From the NCBI GenBank assembly GCA_013203665.1, contig JABMPU010000035.1:113-64112 (forward strand): DNA of 64,000 bases, in the 5' to 3' direction. Source of the DNA: Armatimonadota bacterium. Lineage in GTDB: Bacteria > Cloacimonadota > Cloacimonadia > Cloacimonadales > TCS61. Position 1 is the stretch's first letter, and every line of letters begins with the position of its first letter. Positions 26,052 to 35,946 of the stretch are shown here, one piece after another. The translations under genes and the position numbers were made by a program. The notes under the pieces were generated by a model. That model did no database searches. It saw only the letters and a list, made by a program, of their open reading frames with translations, and was not told the DNA's origin.

Positions 26052-26369
26052 ATGCTGAAAAAGGATAATGAGATTCTTGAGCTCTTACATCATTTGTTGC
26101 AACAAAAATGTGAAAATTACAAATGTTCCTATCTTTTTGGTTCAAGAATAGGAAATCATTTCAGACCTGAAAGCGATTATGATATTGTAATACTTTTAAA
26201 AGAAATTGATCGAGATACAAAATTCGATATTTACGGTCTTATAAGCGATCTCGAATACAAATATGATATTTTTATCGATACAAAAATATTAACCGAAGAA
26301 GAATTCAGATTCAATCCTTTTTTCTATGAAGAAGTTACCTACAAAGGAATTTGTTATGGTTCAAGATAA
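26052..26369 (+). CDS. Minimal nucleotidyltransferase (MNT-type, Pol-beta superfamily) of a HEPN/MNT toxin-antitoxin pair
   Basis: YLFGSRIGNHFRPESDYDIVILL fits the GS..(x)n..DxD nucleotidyltransferase signature. Its size (105 aa) is typical of MNT antitoxins. Confidence 0.75.
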   Translation: MLKKDNEILELLHHLLQQKCENYKCSYLFGSRIGNHFRPESDYDIVILLKEIDRDTKFDIYGLISDLEYKYDIFIDTKILTEEEFRFNPFFYEEVTYKGICYGSR

Positions 26370-26481
26370 AAAAATATTCATCGATAATTTCTTAAATAAA
26401 TCTAAAGAAGCTCTAATCGATGCTGAAATTAATATTGAAAACAACAGGCTAAATAATGCTCAGAACAGAATTTATTCATGA
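26356..26481 (+). pseudogene. Truncated HEPN-domain partner (41 codons only)
   Basis: The ATG overlaps the MNT 3' end by 14 nt. MVQDKKIFIDNFLNKSKEALIDAEINIENNRLNNAQNRIYS resembles the first helix pair of HEPN toxins (..A..L..A..L.....Y..A.NR.YY). It stops before the R(x)4-6H motif region. Confidence 0.45.
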
Positions 26482-26537
26482 AGAAAGAATATTTGAAAAA
26501 ACTATGAAAACAATAAAATTAAACTACGGAGGAATAA

Positions 26538-28454
26538 ATGAAATTTGATAAACACGGCATTTTGGAAATGGCAAAAATGAATTATGACCCGAACCGTCCG
26601 AAAGCAGAAAATCCGATTAAAATCCAGGACCTTAGTTTTCGTGACGGACATCAATCTCTTTTTGCAACTCGCGGCAGAACAGAAGATATGATCCCGGTGG
26701 CGGAAAGAATGGATGAGATTGGGTTCTACTCGATGGAAATCTGGGGTGGAGCTACTTTTGATACAATGCACCGCTTTTTAAACGAAGACCCCTGGGAAAG
26801 AATCAGAACTCTTAAAAAATATATTAAGAAAACTCCTTTCTCAATGTTGCTCAGAGGGCAGAATGTAGTTGGCTATCGCAATTATGCCGATGATGTTGTG
26901 GAAGCTTTCATCCAGAGAGCCTGCGATAATGGCATTGATATTTTCCGTGTATTCGATGCTCTCAATGATTTCAGGAATTTTGAGACAGCAGTTAGAATAA
27001 TCAAAAAGAATAACAAGCATTTTCAAGGTACGATCTGCTATTCTCTCACAGAACAGAGAATGGGTGGGGATACATATAATCTGGATTACTATCTTGAAAA
27101 AGCAAAACAATTAGAAAGCATTGGTGCAGACACGATTTGCATCAAAGATATGGCTGGATTGGTTTCACCGTATGATGTTTATAACTTAATTCGAGCTCTA
27201 AAGCAGCAAACCAAAATCCCCCTTCATTTGCATACACACTTCACTTCCGGAATGGCAGACTTGGCAATTTTCAAAGCAATTGAAGCTGGAGTCGATATTG
27301 TGGATACATGTATGGCTCCTTATGCATATCGTACCTCTCATCCTGCTATTGAACCTCTTGTTATTTCCTTGCTTGGAACCAATCGCGATACTGGATTTGA
27401 TATAAAAAAACTTGCTGTAATTGACAAGGAAATGGAAAAGATAATTCCCAAATATAAACACCTTCTTGATGACACCAAAAACGCAATAATAGATATAAAT
27501 GTAATTTTACATCAAACTCCGGGTGGAATGCTTTCCAACCTGGTCAATCAGTTACGTCAGATGGATGCGCTGGATAGACTTGAAGATGTTTTTGAAGCTC
27601 TTCCCAAAGTAAGAAAAGAACTTGGTCAGGTTCCGCTGGTTACACCCACCAGTCAAATCGTGGGAATTCAGACCGTAAACAATGTTCTTTACGACAAAGA
27701 AGAAGGAGAATATTCTCAAATATCCGAACAGGTAAAAGATCTTTGTTTTGGATTGTATGGTAAAACCACAAAACCAATCGATCCCAGAGTTCAGAAAAAA
27801 GCTTTGAAAGGTTATCCTCGCGGCGAAACACCGATCACTGCTCGACCCGGTGATATTATCGAGCCGGAACTTCCCAAAGTGAAAGAAGAAGTGAAAGGTT
27901 TGGCAAAAGACCTTGATGACGAAATTATCTGTGCTCTTTATAATTTGACTGGAAAACGTTTTTTAAGATGGAAATACGGATTAGAAGAAGTTCCTGATGA
28001 GGTAAAACCTAAAACTTTGGAAGATGTTAAAAAAGAAAATGAACTTGTTCAAAAAGCTCTTTCCGGGGAACTAACAGCTAAAGGTAAAAAAGATAAACCT
28101 GCTGGATTGCGTTCGTTCGACGTTTACGTTGATGGAGAACATTTCAATGTAGAAGTTGCTGACCCGAATGCAAAGGTTTTCAGCACCGCAGGTCCTAAAA
28201 AAATCGAAAAGAAAGAAGAAGATACTGATGATACAGGCAACCTTCACGCTCCCATACCCGGAATGATTATTGAGTACAAAAAAGAAGTTGGAGATACTGT
28301 GGAAGCAGGTGAAACAGTTGTGGTTCTGGAAGCTATGAAAATGTTCAATAACCTGGCTGCTCCTTGTGATGGTGTGATTAATAAAATTAATTTTAAAGTA
28401 GGAGATTCTGCAGCAAAAGGTGATATTCTTTGCCATATTGAACCAAAAGAATAA
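26538..28454 (+). CDS. Transcarboxylase 5S subunit (pyruvate/oxaloacetate carboxyltransferase) fused to a C-terminal biotinyl carrier (1.3S-like) domain
   Basis: The HMGL-like TIM-barrel start reads IQDLSFRDGHQSLFATR, and DMAGL and HLHTHFTSG are present. The C-terminus carries the biotin attachment motif VVVLEAMKMFNNL. A ggagg RBS lies upstream. Confidence 0.92.
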   Translation: MKFDKHGILEMAKMNYDPNRPKAENPIKIQDLSFRDGHQSLFATRGRTEDMIPVAERMDEIGFYSMEIWGGATFDTMHRFLNEDPWERIRTLKKYIKKTPFSMLLRGQNVVGYRNYADDVVEAFIQRACDNGIDIFRVFDALNDFRNFETAVRIIKKNNKHFQGTICYSLTEQRMGGDTYNLDYYLEKAKQLESIGADTICIKDMAGLVSPYDVYNLIRALKQQTKIPLHLHTHFTSGMADLAIFKAIEAGVDIVDTCMAPYAYRTSHPAIEPLVISLLGTNRDTGFDIKKLAVIDKEMEKIIPKYKHLLDDTKNAIIDINVILHQTPGGMLSNLVNQLRQMDALDRLEDVFEALPKVRKELGQVPLVTPTSQIVGIQTVNNVLYDKEEGEYSQISEQVKDLCFGLYGKTTKPIDPRVQKKALKGYPRGETPITARPGDIIEPELPKVKEEVKGLAKDLDDEIICALYNLTGKRFLRWKYGLEEVPDEVKPKTLEDVKKENELVQKALSGELTAKGKKDKPAGLRSFDVYVDGEHFNVEVADPNAKVFSTAGPKKIEKKEEDTDDTGNLHAPIPGMIIEYKKEVGDTVEAGETVVVLEAMKMFNNLAAPCDGVINKINFKVGDSAAKGDILCHIEPKE

Positions 28455-28480
28455 AAGAAATATTTTGGAAAAAAATTAAA

Positions 28481-28505
28481 GCGACCTTGGAGGTCGCTTT
28501 TTTTT
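28481..28505 (+). terminator. Rho-independent terminator of the transcarboxylase operon
   Basis: gcgacc-ttgga-ggtcgc is followed by 8 T. Confidence 0.8.
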
Positions 28506-28848
28506 AGAGTAAACTGCTTAGCTCACGGATTTTCGCAGATACACACGGATAAAAGGTTTATAAATATTGAAGTATAAAACTAATCTGAAAAGTGAATGGA
28601 TATATAAAATTTTATGCTCGTTACGAAATTCTCGTTTCGTAGCTCAATAGAGACTGAAACTCCGTTTCATTCTTCAAGAGGAACATCAATCTCAATTTTC
28701 CCAACTTCACCGGAAATATAATACCCTTTCGCAAATTTTTTATTCTTGCCTATTATTATAATAGAGTTTTTGAACGGGACGAATAATTTATCTTCGTGTT
28801 GTTTCGCGTCCTTCGTGGCAGGAAAAAAATCTTGACAAAATATAAGCT

Positions 28849-28860
28849 GACTTTAAAGTC
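28849..28860. promoter_or_regulatory. Perfect 12-bp palindrome, candidate TetR operator
   Basis: GACTTTAAAGTC lies between a TTGACA hexamer (28832-28837) and the tetR-family ATG (28893). Confidence 0.4.
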
Positions 28861-28892
28861 GGTGACCGTATGCTCATTGAAAAGGAAAAAGT

Positions 28893-29477
28893 ATGAATAA
28901 AAGACAAATGCAAAAAATGAAAACCAGGGAATTAGTCCTGAGAATTGCCAAAGAGATGTTTATCAAAAACGGTTTTCTAAATACTACTACTTCTCAAATT
29001 GCTCAGAAAGCAGGCATTGCTCATGGTACGCTTTTCCTGCATTTCAAAAAAAAAGAGTCCTTAATTATCGAAATCTTCGATCAGGAATTAGAAGAAATCA
29101 GTTCCACCATTCAAAAACTTGTTTTCGAAGCTATTGATCTGGAGCAACTTCTTAAGCAATACCTGTATCTTATTCAGGAAGAAGAAGATCTGTTTGTTGT
29201 ATTAGCTCGAGAACTACCCTTCTATTCAGAAGAATTACGAAGAAAAATCTTATTTAGAGAATCGATCATCAGAAGTCATTTTCATAAAGCAATAGAACTA
29301 GGTAAGAGAAAAAACAGATATCGAGATGTTGATGTAGCAACAGCAGTTACTTTTCTTTTTGGAGCAATAAACTACTACCTGAGATTAAAACCGATCTTTG
29401 TAAAAGAGGGCAGTGTAATTGAAAAATTCAAACCATTGATCATAAAAACCTTCAAACATTTAATTTTAAAAGATTGA
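28893..29477 (+). CDS. TetR/AcrR-family transcriptional regulator
   Basis: The N-terminal HTH reads RELVLRIAKEMFIKNGFLNTTTSQIAQKAGIAHGTLFLHF. Confidence 0.9.
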   Translation: MNKRQMQKMKTRELVLRIAKEMFIKNGFLNTTTSQIAQKAGIAHGTLFLHFKKKESLIIEIFDQELEEISSTIQKLVFEAIDLEQLLKQYLYLIQEEEDLFVVLARELPFYSEELRRKILFRESIIRSHFHKAIELGKRKNRYRDVDVATAVTFLFGAINYYLRLKPIFVKEGSVIEKFKPLIIKTFKHLILKD

Positions 29478-29489
29478 AATGGAGGAAAA

Positions 29490-30293
29490 ATGCGAAAAAC
29501 AAATTTCTCAAAATTCTTATGGATCTATTCAATTATTATCATATTTATATCTGGTTGCCAATCTCTCCAAACTCAGAATAATACAGATCAGATCGCTCTT
29601 TATTCTGAAAATGGTGCAGATGAAGGCTGCATCACAGCTACAAGCAAAATGTTTGAATGGATGGGTTATGAAGTTACACTGATAAAAGCTGATTCAATCA
29701 ACAATAACAGTCTCAGCAGATTCAGTATTATCTGTTTTCCCGGTGGTGATATGTATCTGTATTCACAGAATATTTCTTCGGAAGGATTTGAAAAAATCAG
29801 GGATTTCATTAATGAAGGTGGAGGATATATCGGAATTTGTGGTGGTGCCTATTTTACGGGTGAGAAGGTTTCGTGGCAAGGCAATCAACTTCCAATGAAT
29901 TCATTAGGAATTTTTCCCGGAACTACTCAAGGTCCAATCAATGAGATCGCTCCTTTTCCAAACTGTAAAATATGCAAAACAAATATAGTTAACACATCAC
30001 ATCCAATCACACATACCGAACCTGATACGACCTGGATCTGTTATTGTTATGGTCCCATGTTCCTACCAAACGAAGGTGCTGAAATAGATATTTTGGGAGT
30101 ATATGAAATAAATGATCAACCTTCAATTGCAGCTTTTGAATATGGTGAAGGGAGAGTATTTATTATTGGAACGCATCCGGAATTCGAAGAAGACAGCGAG
30201 CGGGACGGATTACCTGCAAGCGATAAATTTTATGACCGAGGTTCAGATTGGGATCTGATGGAAAAAGCAGCACAATGGTGTTTGAAAAAATAA
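29490..30293 (+). CDS. Lipoprotein with a BPL_N-like / class-I glutamine-amidotransferase-like domain
   Basis: The lipobox is IIIFISGCQS. IICFPGGDMYLY...IRDFINEGGGYIGICGGAYF follows the BPL_N (biotin-protein-ligase N-terminal, GATase1-like) pattern as I recall it. Confidence 0.5.
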   Translation: MRKTNFSKFLWIYSIIIIFISGCQSLQTQNNTDQIALYSENGADEGCITATSKMFEWMGYEVTLIKADSINNNSLSRFSIICFPGGDMYLYSQNISSEGFEKIRDFINEGGGYIGICGGAYFTGEKVSWQGNQLPMNSLGIFPGTTQGPINEIAPFPNCKICKTNIVNTSHPITHTEPDTTWICYCYGPMFLPNEGAEIDILGVYEINDQPSIAAFEYGEGRVFIIGTHPEFEEDSERDGLPASDKFYDRGSDWDLMEKAAQWCLKK

Positions 30294-30498
30294 TAAAGGA
30301 AAAAAGTCAGTGCAAGTCTGTGGTAAAAAAAAAGAAAATTAGCCGCGAAGTTCGCGAAGGAACGCGAAGAAAAAAACCTTAGTGAAATTTCGTGTTCTTA
30401 GTAGTATAAAAAGAAAAAACAGACAGGATAACAGGATTCACAGGAAAAATAATGAATAATTCTATAATCAAAAAGAATAAATAAAAGAGGAAACAAAG

Positions 30499-32589
30499 AT
30501 GAAAAAGATTCTTATTTTGATTTTCATGGTTTATGCATTCTCAAATGTTTCAGCTCAATTGCAATATCCAGAAACTTCCAAAATTGCAGTTAAAGACACG
30601 CTTCACAAAGCAGTGATAATTGATAATTACCGCTGGTTGGAAGATGGTGAAAACCCGGAAGTCATCAATTGGGAAGAAGAACAGGAAAAACTAACAAGGA
30701 CAGTTCTGGACAGCCTTCCTCAAAGAGAAAAAATGATCAAACGATTCAATGAACTCTGGCGTTATGACGATGTTGGCAGACCAAGCAAAGTATTAAATGG
30801 AGAGAGAATATTCTTATGGGAAAAACGAAAAGATGATGAAAAATGGAGAATTCTTACTAAAGAAAATGAAGAAGCAGAATTTGAAGTTTTGATCGATCCG
30901 AATAATTGGGATGCTGCTGAAACTTTAAGCGGAACTTCTTCTTCCCGCGACGGGAAATATTATGCTTTTGGGAAAGCTGTCGCGGGAGATGAGAACCCGT
31001 TTGTCAGAATAATGGAAGTTGAAACAAAAAGAATTTTACCCGATACTTTGAGAGGTAGGAAACAATATGTTACATCATGGCTGCCGGACAATTCGGGTTT
31101 TTATTATTCAGCTTGTCCTTTAAAGAATGAAGTTCCTGAAGGAGAAGAAAATTACTGGCGTTCGATTTACTTCCATAAACTGGGAACTTCGGCAGATGAA
31201 GATGAAAAGATCTATTACAGTGAAGATAACAAGGAAATGCATCATAGTGTCTGGATCTCCGAGTGTGGAAAATGTACTATTTTTTATCGTGGAATTTTCC
31301 GTAAGAATGAGATCTATTTCAAACGCTCTGATGATGAAGAAATGATTCCTATTACTACTGGTTTTGATGCTTCTTATTCCATAGATATTGTGGATGATAA
31401 AATCCTGATAAAGACAGATAAAGATGCACCCAACGGGAAAGTTTATATTACCGATGTCGCTCAACCGCAGCGAGAATTCTGGCAGGAGTTTTTGCCTGAA
31501 AAAAAAGATAAACTCTATTATATCAGTGCAATCGCCGGTCATATTTATGCAGTATATCAGCACAATGCTTACACGGTTATTAAGATATATTCTCTTAAAG
31601 GTGATTATATCCGGGATTTATCTTTTCCAACTTTAGGAACCGGATATGTCAGTGGTTATTGGTCACAAGACGATATTTGGGCAAGTTTTTCATCATTTAC
31701 TTATCCAAGCGTTACTTATAAATATGACTTTCAAAATGACAAGTTAGATATTTATAAAGAATTTCCATTGGAAATAGATGTTGAGAATTTTACTGCTGAG
31801 CAAGTCTGGTATCATTCAAAAGACGGAACACCAGTTTCAATGTTCCTTGTTCTTAGGAAAGATATGGAAAAAGATGGAAACAATCCTGTTAGACTTTCCG
31901 GTTATGGTGGATTCAACCATTCCCAGACTCCATATTTTTCAACATCGAATATTGTCTGGTTAGAAGCCGAAGGAATGCTGGCAATTCCAAATCTGCGCGG
32001 TGGTGGAGAATACGGAGAAAAATGGCATGAAGCAGGAATGAAGGAAAACAAGCAGAATGTTTTTGATGATTTTATTGCTGCTGCAGAATGGCTCATCGAA
32101 AATAAATATACAAATCCTGAAAAACTGGCGATTTCAGGAGGAAGTAACGGAGGTCTTCTGGTGGGAGCTGTAACCGTTCAAAAACCCGAATTATTCAAAG
32201 TAGTGAATTGTGCAGTTCCTCTTCTCGATATGATCCGCTACCACAAATTCGGTCCTGCCAGATATTGGATAGATGAATACGGAAGCGCTGAAGATCCACA
32301 GCAGTTCGAATATCTCTATAAATATTCACCATATCACAATGTTGTTGATGGAACGGATTATCCTGCAATTCTGATTTCAGCAGGAGAAAATGATGCTCGC
32401 GTTGATCCGCTTCATTCCCGTAAGATGGTTGCCCGAATGCAGGAAGCTAATCCAAATGGAGAACCGATCCTGCTCATGATCAGGAGAGACTCCGGTCATG
32501 GTGGAGGTACAACTCTCTCGATGCGTATAGAAAGAGCTGCTGATACCTGGGCATTTTTGATGAATGAATTAGGAATGAGTTTGGAGTAA
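30499..32589 (+). CDS. Prolyl oligopeptidase (S9A family), secreted
   Basis: A signal peptide is followed by the N-terminal pattern DNYRWLED. The catalytic region includes ISGGSNGGLLVGA, GENDARV and DSGHGGG. Confidence 0.9.
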   Translation: MKKILILIFMVYAFSNVSAQLQYPETSKIAVKDTLHKAVIIDNYRWLEDGENPEVINWEEEQEKLTRTVLDSLPQREKMIKRFNELWRYDDVGRPSKVLNGERIFLWEKRKDDEKWRILTKENEEAEFEVLIDPNNWDAAETLSGTSSSRDGKYYAFGKAVAGDENPFVRIMEVETKRILPDTLRGRKQYVTSWLPDNSGFYYSACPLKNEVPEGEENYWRSIYFHKLGTSADEDEKIYYSEDNKEMHHSVWISECGKCTIFYRGIFRKNEIYFKRSDDEEMIPITTGFDASYSIDIVDDKILIKTDKDAPNGKVYITDVAQPQREFWQEFLPEKKDKLYYISAIAGHIYAVYQHNAYTVIKIYSLKGDYIRDLSFPTLGTGYVSGYWSQDDIWASFSSFTYPSVTYKYDFQNDKLDIYKEFPLEIDVENFTAEQVWYHSKDGTPVSMFLVLRKDMEKDGNNPVRLSGYGGFNHSQTPYFSTSNIVWLEAEGMLAIPNLRGGGEYGEKWHEAGMKENKQNVFDDFIAAAEWLIENKYTNPEKLAISGGSNGGLLVGAVTVQKPELFKVVNCAVPLLDMIRYHKFGPARYWIDEYGSAEDPQQFEYLYKYSPYHNVVDGTDYPAILISAGENDARVDPLHSRKMVARMQEANPNGEPILLMIRRDSGHGGGTTLSMRIERAADTWAFLMNELGMSLE

Positions 32590-32724
32590 AATATTCGCGA
32601 TATTTTGTAATACTGGTTACGAAGTTTTTCTTCGTAATCCTCTTGAATGCGAAGTTAAACTTTGCAAACAATTACATTCCCAAGAAATATTGGGAACGGG
32701 AACTGAACGAGAATACAAGGAGGA

Positions 32725-33015
32725 ATGATGAAAAAAGTTTATATCTGTAAAAGTTGCGGAAAGGTTATGAAAGATGCTGAAGATTTTTCCGGAGGAGAGA
32801 TTGGAAAAGATTATTGCAGCAATTGCACAGACGAATTTGGATATCGTAAAAGTTACTCGCATATAATTAAAGATACAAAAGAATTCCTGATCAAACACCT
32901 CTCAATTTCAGAAGAGGAATCTGAAAAAATGGCTCTGGAAAATATAGCAAGAATCCCTTTCTGGGCTCAAAAGGAGAAAATCATGTTATCAAAAAAAAAA
33001 AATTGTAATTACTGA
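32725..33015 (+). CDS. Zn_ribbon_2-like small zinc-ribbon protein
   Basis: YICKSCGKVMKDAEDFSGGEIGKDYCSNCTDEFG (CxxC...CxxC) is followed by a helical tail ending IPFWAQKE. An aaggagg RBS lies upstream. The listed stop at 33015 exists only because of the A12 tract frame. Confidence 0.7.
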   Translation: MMKKVYICKSCGKVMKDAEDFSGGEIGKDYCSNCTDEFGYRKSYSHIIKDTKEFLIKHLSISEEESEKMALENIARIPFWAQKEKIMLSKKKNCNY

Positions 33016-35896
33016 TGTTGGCAGTACTACAACCAAAGCTTTACTCCTTCAAAGATTCAACACAAAATACAAAATTATATCTTTGCAACATGCTGCCACA
33101 ACTGTGGAAAAACCCGTAGAAGATGTGAATATCGGAGTTTACGAAGCTATCAAAAAACTGGAAAAAGATGCTGATACTATAATTCTTACAAACGATGCTT
33201 CCCCGGAAAATCTTAAATTTAATGAAGAAACACTTTATATTTCTACAAGTAGTGCAGGCGGCGGACTCCAGATTCTCGTGATTGGTCTCACACTGTTCGA
33301 TTCTGCCAGTAGTGGAAAAAGAACAGCTTATGGTGCCGGTGGAGTAATTTTAGATACTTTTGCCATTGATGACAAACGCAGCAGTCTGGAACAAATGCAG
33401 GCAATGGGAATCCTTCATCCTGATATTATTCTGATGTGTGGTGGCATTGATGGCGGTGCAATTGCTTCAATCCTGAGATTAGGTGAAATACTGCAGCTTG
33501 CCAATCCCAAACCTAAATTTGGTGATAAAAACCAGATACCCCTTGTTTTTGCAGGCAATGAAAAAGCTCAGAGTTTTATTGCCGGATTATTTCAGAAACG
33601 CTTCGATCTTTACATTGTACCTAACATCCGTCCCACATTAACAGATGAAAACCTGGTTCCTGCACGCGAAAAGATTCATAAACTTTTTATGGATAACGTG
33701 ATGGAGCAAGCTCCCGGTTATTCCAAACTGAAAGACTGCGTAGATGATGCTATCATACCAACACCAACCGGAGTTATCCGCTCTCTGCAGCTTGTGAGTG
33801 AGCAACTCGATGAGAATGTGATGGCTGTGGATATTGGAGGAGCAACAACCGATATTTTTTCTAATATTCTAGGAGAATACTTTAGAACTGTAAGTGCTAA
33901 TTATGGTATGAGTTACAGCATCTCAAACGTTTTTAAGGACAGTGGATTTAATAATATTAAAAACTGGCTGCCAAAGGAACTCGATGAAACTTATATTGCC
34001 AATTATATTGCCAATAAGATGCTCTATCCGACCTATACTCCAACCGATTCATATCAAAATTCTATCGAGCATGCTGTAGCCAGAGAAGCAATTCGAATGA
34101 GCAAAAAGCAACACATGGATATGAATTTTAATACAAAACAGGTTGGATTTTTGGATAAATTAAAACAGAAAAACAGCGATTTAGATAAAATCACTGAAGC
34201 GTTTTACTTTGAAAAAGCACTTGAAAGCAGAAAGTTTCACATGCACGATATCAATATCCTGATTGGATCCGGAGGAGTTTTGGCTCACACAGAAAACAAT
34301 ACTCAAGCTCTGGCAATAATTTATGATGGATTCCGACCTGAAGGTATTACCGAAATCTGGAAAGACAAACATTTCATCTCTCCGCACATGGGGAAACTCA
34401 GTGCTGTAGATGAAAAACTTGCCACCCAGCTTCTTACTGAAGAATGCTTTGAAAAAATCGGGTTGGTGATTCGTCCGATAGGTAGAAAATGGAAACAAGA
34501 TGCACCTGTAATGAATATTGAAATAAACGGAAACTCGTTAACAATCAAGGTTGGAGATGTTTATTATTTTCCCAATGATAATAAGAAACAAAAAGATATT
34601 TCCATCTCTTTGGAAAAGGGTTTCTTTCTGAATATTGAAAAATATGACTTCAAATCTGAACTTCCGATTTTTATTGATGCAAGTCTTCATATAGATTTTC
34701 AGATAGAAAATAAATGTATGAATCTTTACAATTTTGCTTTCTCGCAGAAAAATCTCGAAACGGAATTCCAAAATTTTATTCCAAGAAAAAATATTGTAAA
34801 AGGCACCCAGTCCCATAAAGTTGAACTTCCTTATGAAGGTTCAATTTTAGTTAAAGAAGGTGATACAGTAACTTCCGGAACAGTGATAGGTGAGAATCTC
34901 TTCGATCCGCCAAAGGTATATGTGATTTCGCTTTTCGATAAAACATATCTGCGACTAAACCCGGATAATATCGAAAAATCATTGAGAATTAAGGAAGGTC
35001 AGGAAGTAAAATACGGTCAGCGAATCGCTGAGGTCGGTTCCCGCAGGCTCATTGATGAAATCCAGTTCCAGCACTTTTATTATGATTCACCGGTTCGCGG
35101 CAGAGTGGAAAAAATCAATTTTGATTCTGGCACAATAATCATGCGCGAAATCCAGGATTATTCTTCTAAACCAAAGACCATAAATATTTCCAAAAAACTG
35201 AATATAAAACCGAAATTAATAACCAGGTATCTGAAGAAAAATCTCGGAGATTTTGTTTTTGCAGGAGATATTCTCGCTTCCCGTCTTATTGATGTTCAGG
35301 ATGGAACTCACCCTATGCTGGTTTCTGTGCCAACCACAGGAACCATAAAAAATGTCGATACGGAAAAAGGCACAGTAACCATCCAATATGATAAAGATCC
35401 TTATCTTCGATATGCTGGAGTGACAGGAAAAATTGCAGAAATCGAACCGGACTATTCTGCGACTATATCTTATGAGGGTTCAACTTTGAAAGGGATAATC
35501 GGTTTCGGAAACGAGGCTTGGGGAGAACTGAAATATATAAAAGAATATAAAGATATTTCAAAATGCAGTGAAAATGAAATAGTGGTTATTTCCGGCAAAA
35601 TCGATATCAGATTCCTTAAAAAGGCAGAAAAGCAAAAAGTGAAAGGAGTGATTGCCGCTTCTATCGATAACAAAGAACTGGTCGATTTCACAGGAGAAGA
35701 AATCGGAGTAGCTCTTACAGGAAACGAAAATATTCCTTTCCCATTAATTATTACAGAGGGTTTTGGTGATTTTAAGATGGATGCTGATTATGATAATTTC
35801 TTCATAGAAAATGAAGGAAACTTGATATACATAAATGGACATACCCAAATCCGGGCAGGAGTAACCAGACCGAAGATGATTGTGATGGAGAATTAG
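32983..35896 (+). CDS. GlmL/MutL-like (glutamate-mutase component L family, ASKHA-fold) ATPase with a roughly 470-aa C-terminal extension; reading frame broken at an A12 tract (32991-33002)
   Basis: ATG 32983 has an aaggag RBS 7 nt upstream. With one A fewer the product reads MLSKKKIVITDVGSTTTKALLLQRF..., which is the family's phosphate-1 motif. As sequenced, the first in-frame start after the tract is TTG 33083, downstream of that motif. Later motifs are VDIGGATTDIFS and ILIGSGGVLAH. Confidence 0.65.
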
Positions 35897-35946
35897 TTGA
35901 ATTAGTTGAATTGGTTGAATTAGAGCGAGGTTAAAGGATACTATTA

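Noticed and set aside
35894-35925. Possible CRISPR-like arrays: gttgaa tandems (35894-35925, 53100-53160) and tgctaa tandems (39224-39272)
   Set aside because: The period is only 8-12 nt, the units are degenerate, there are no unique spacers, and no cas genes are present. They are short tandem word repeats, not CRISPR.
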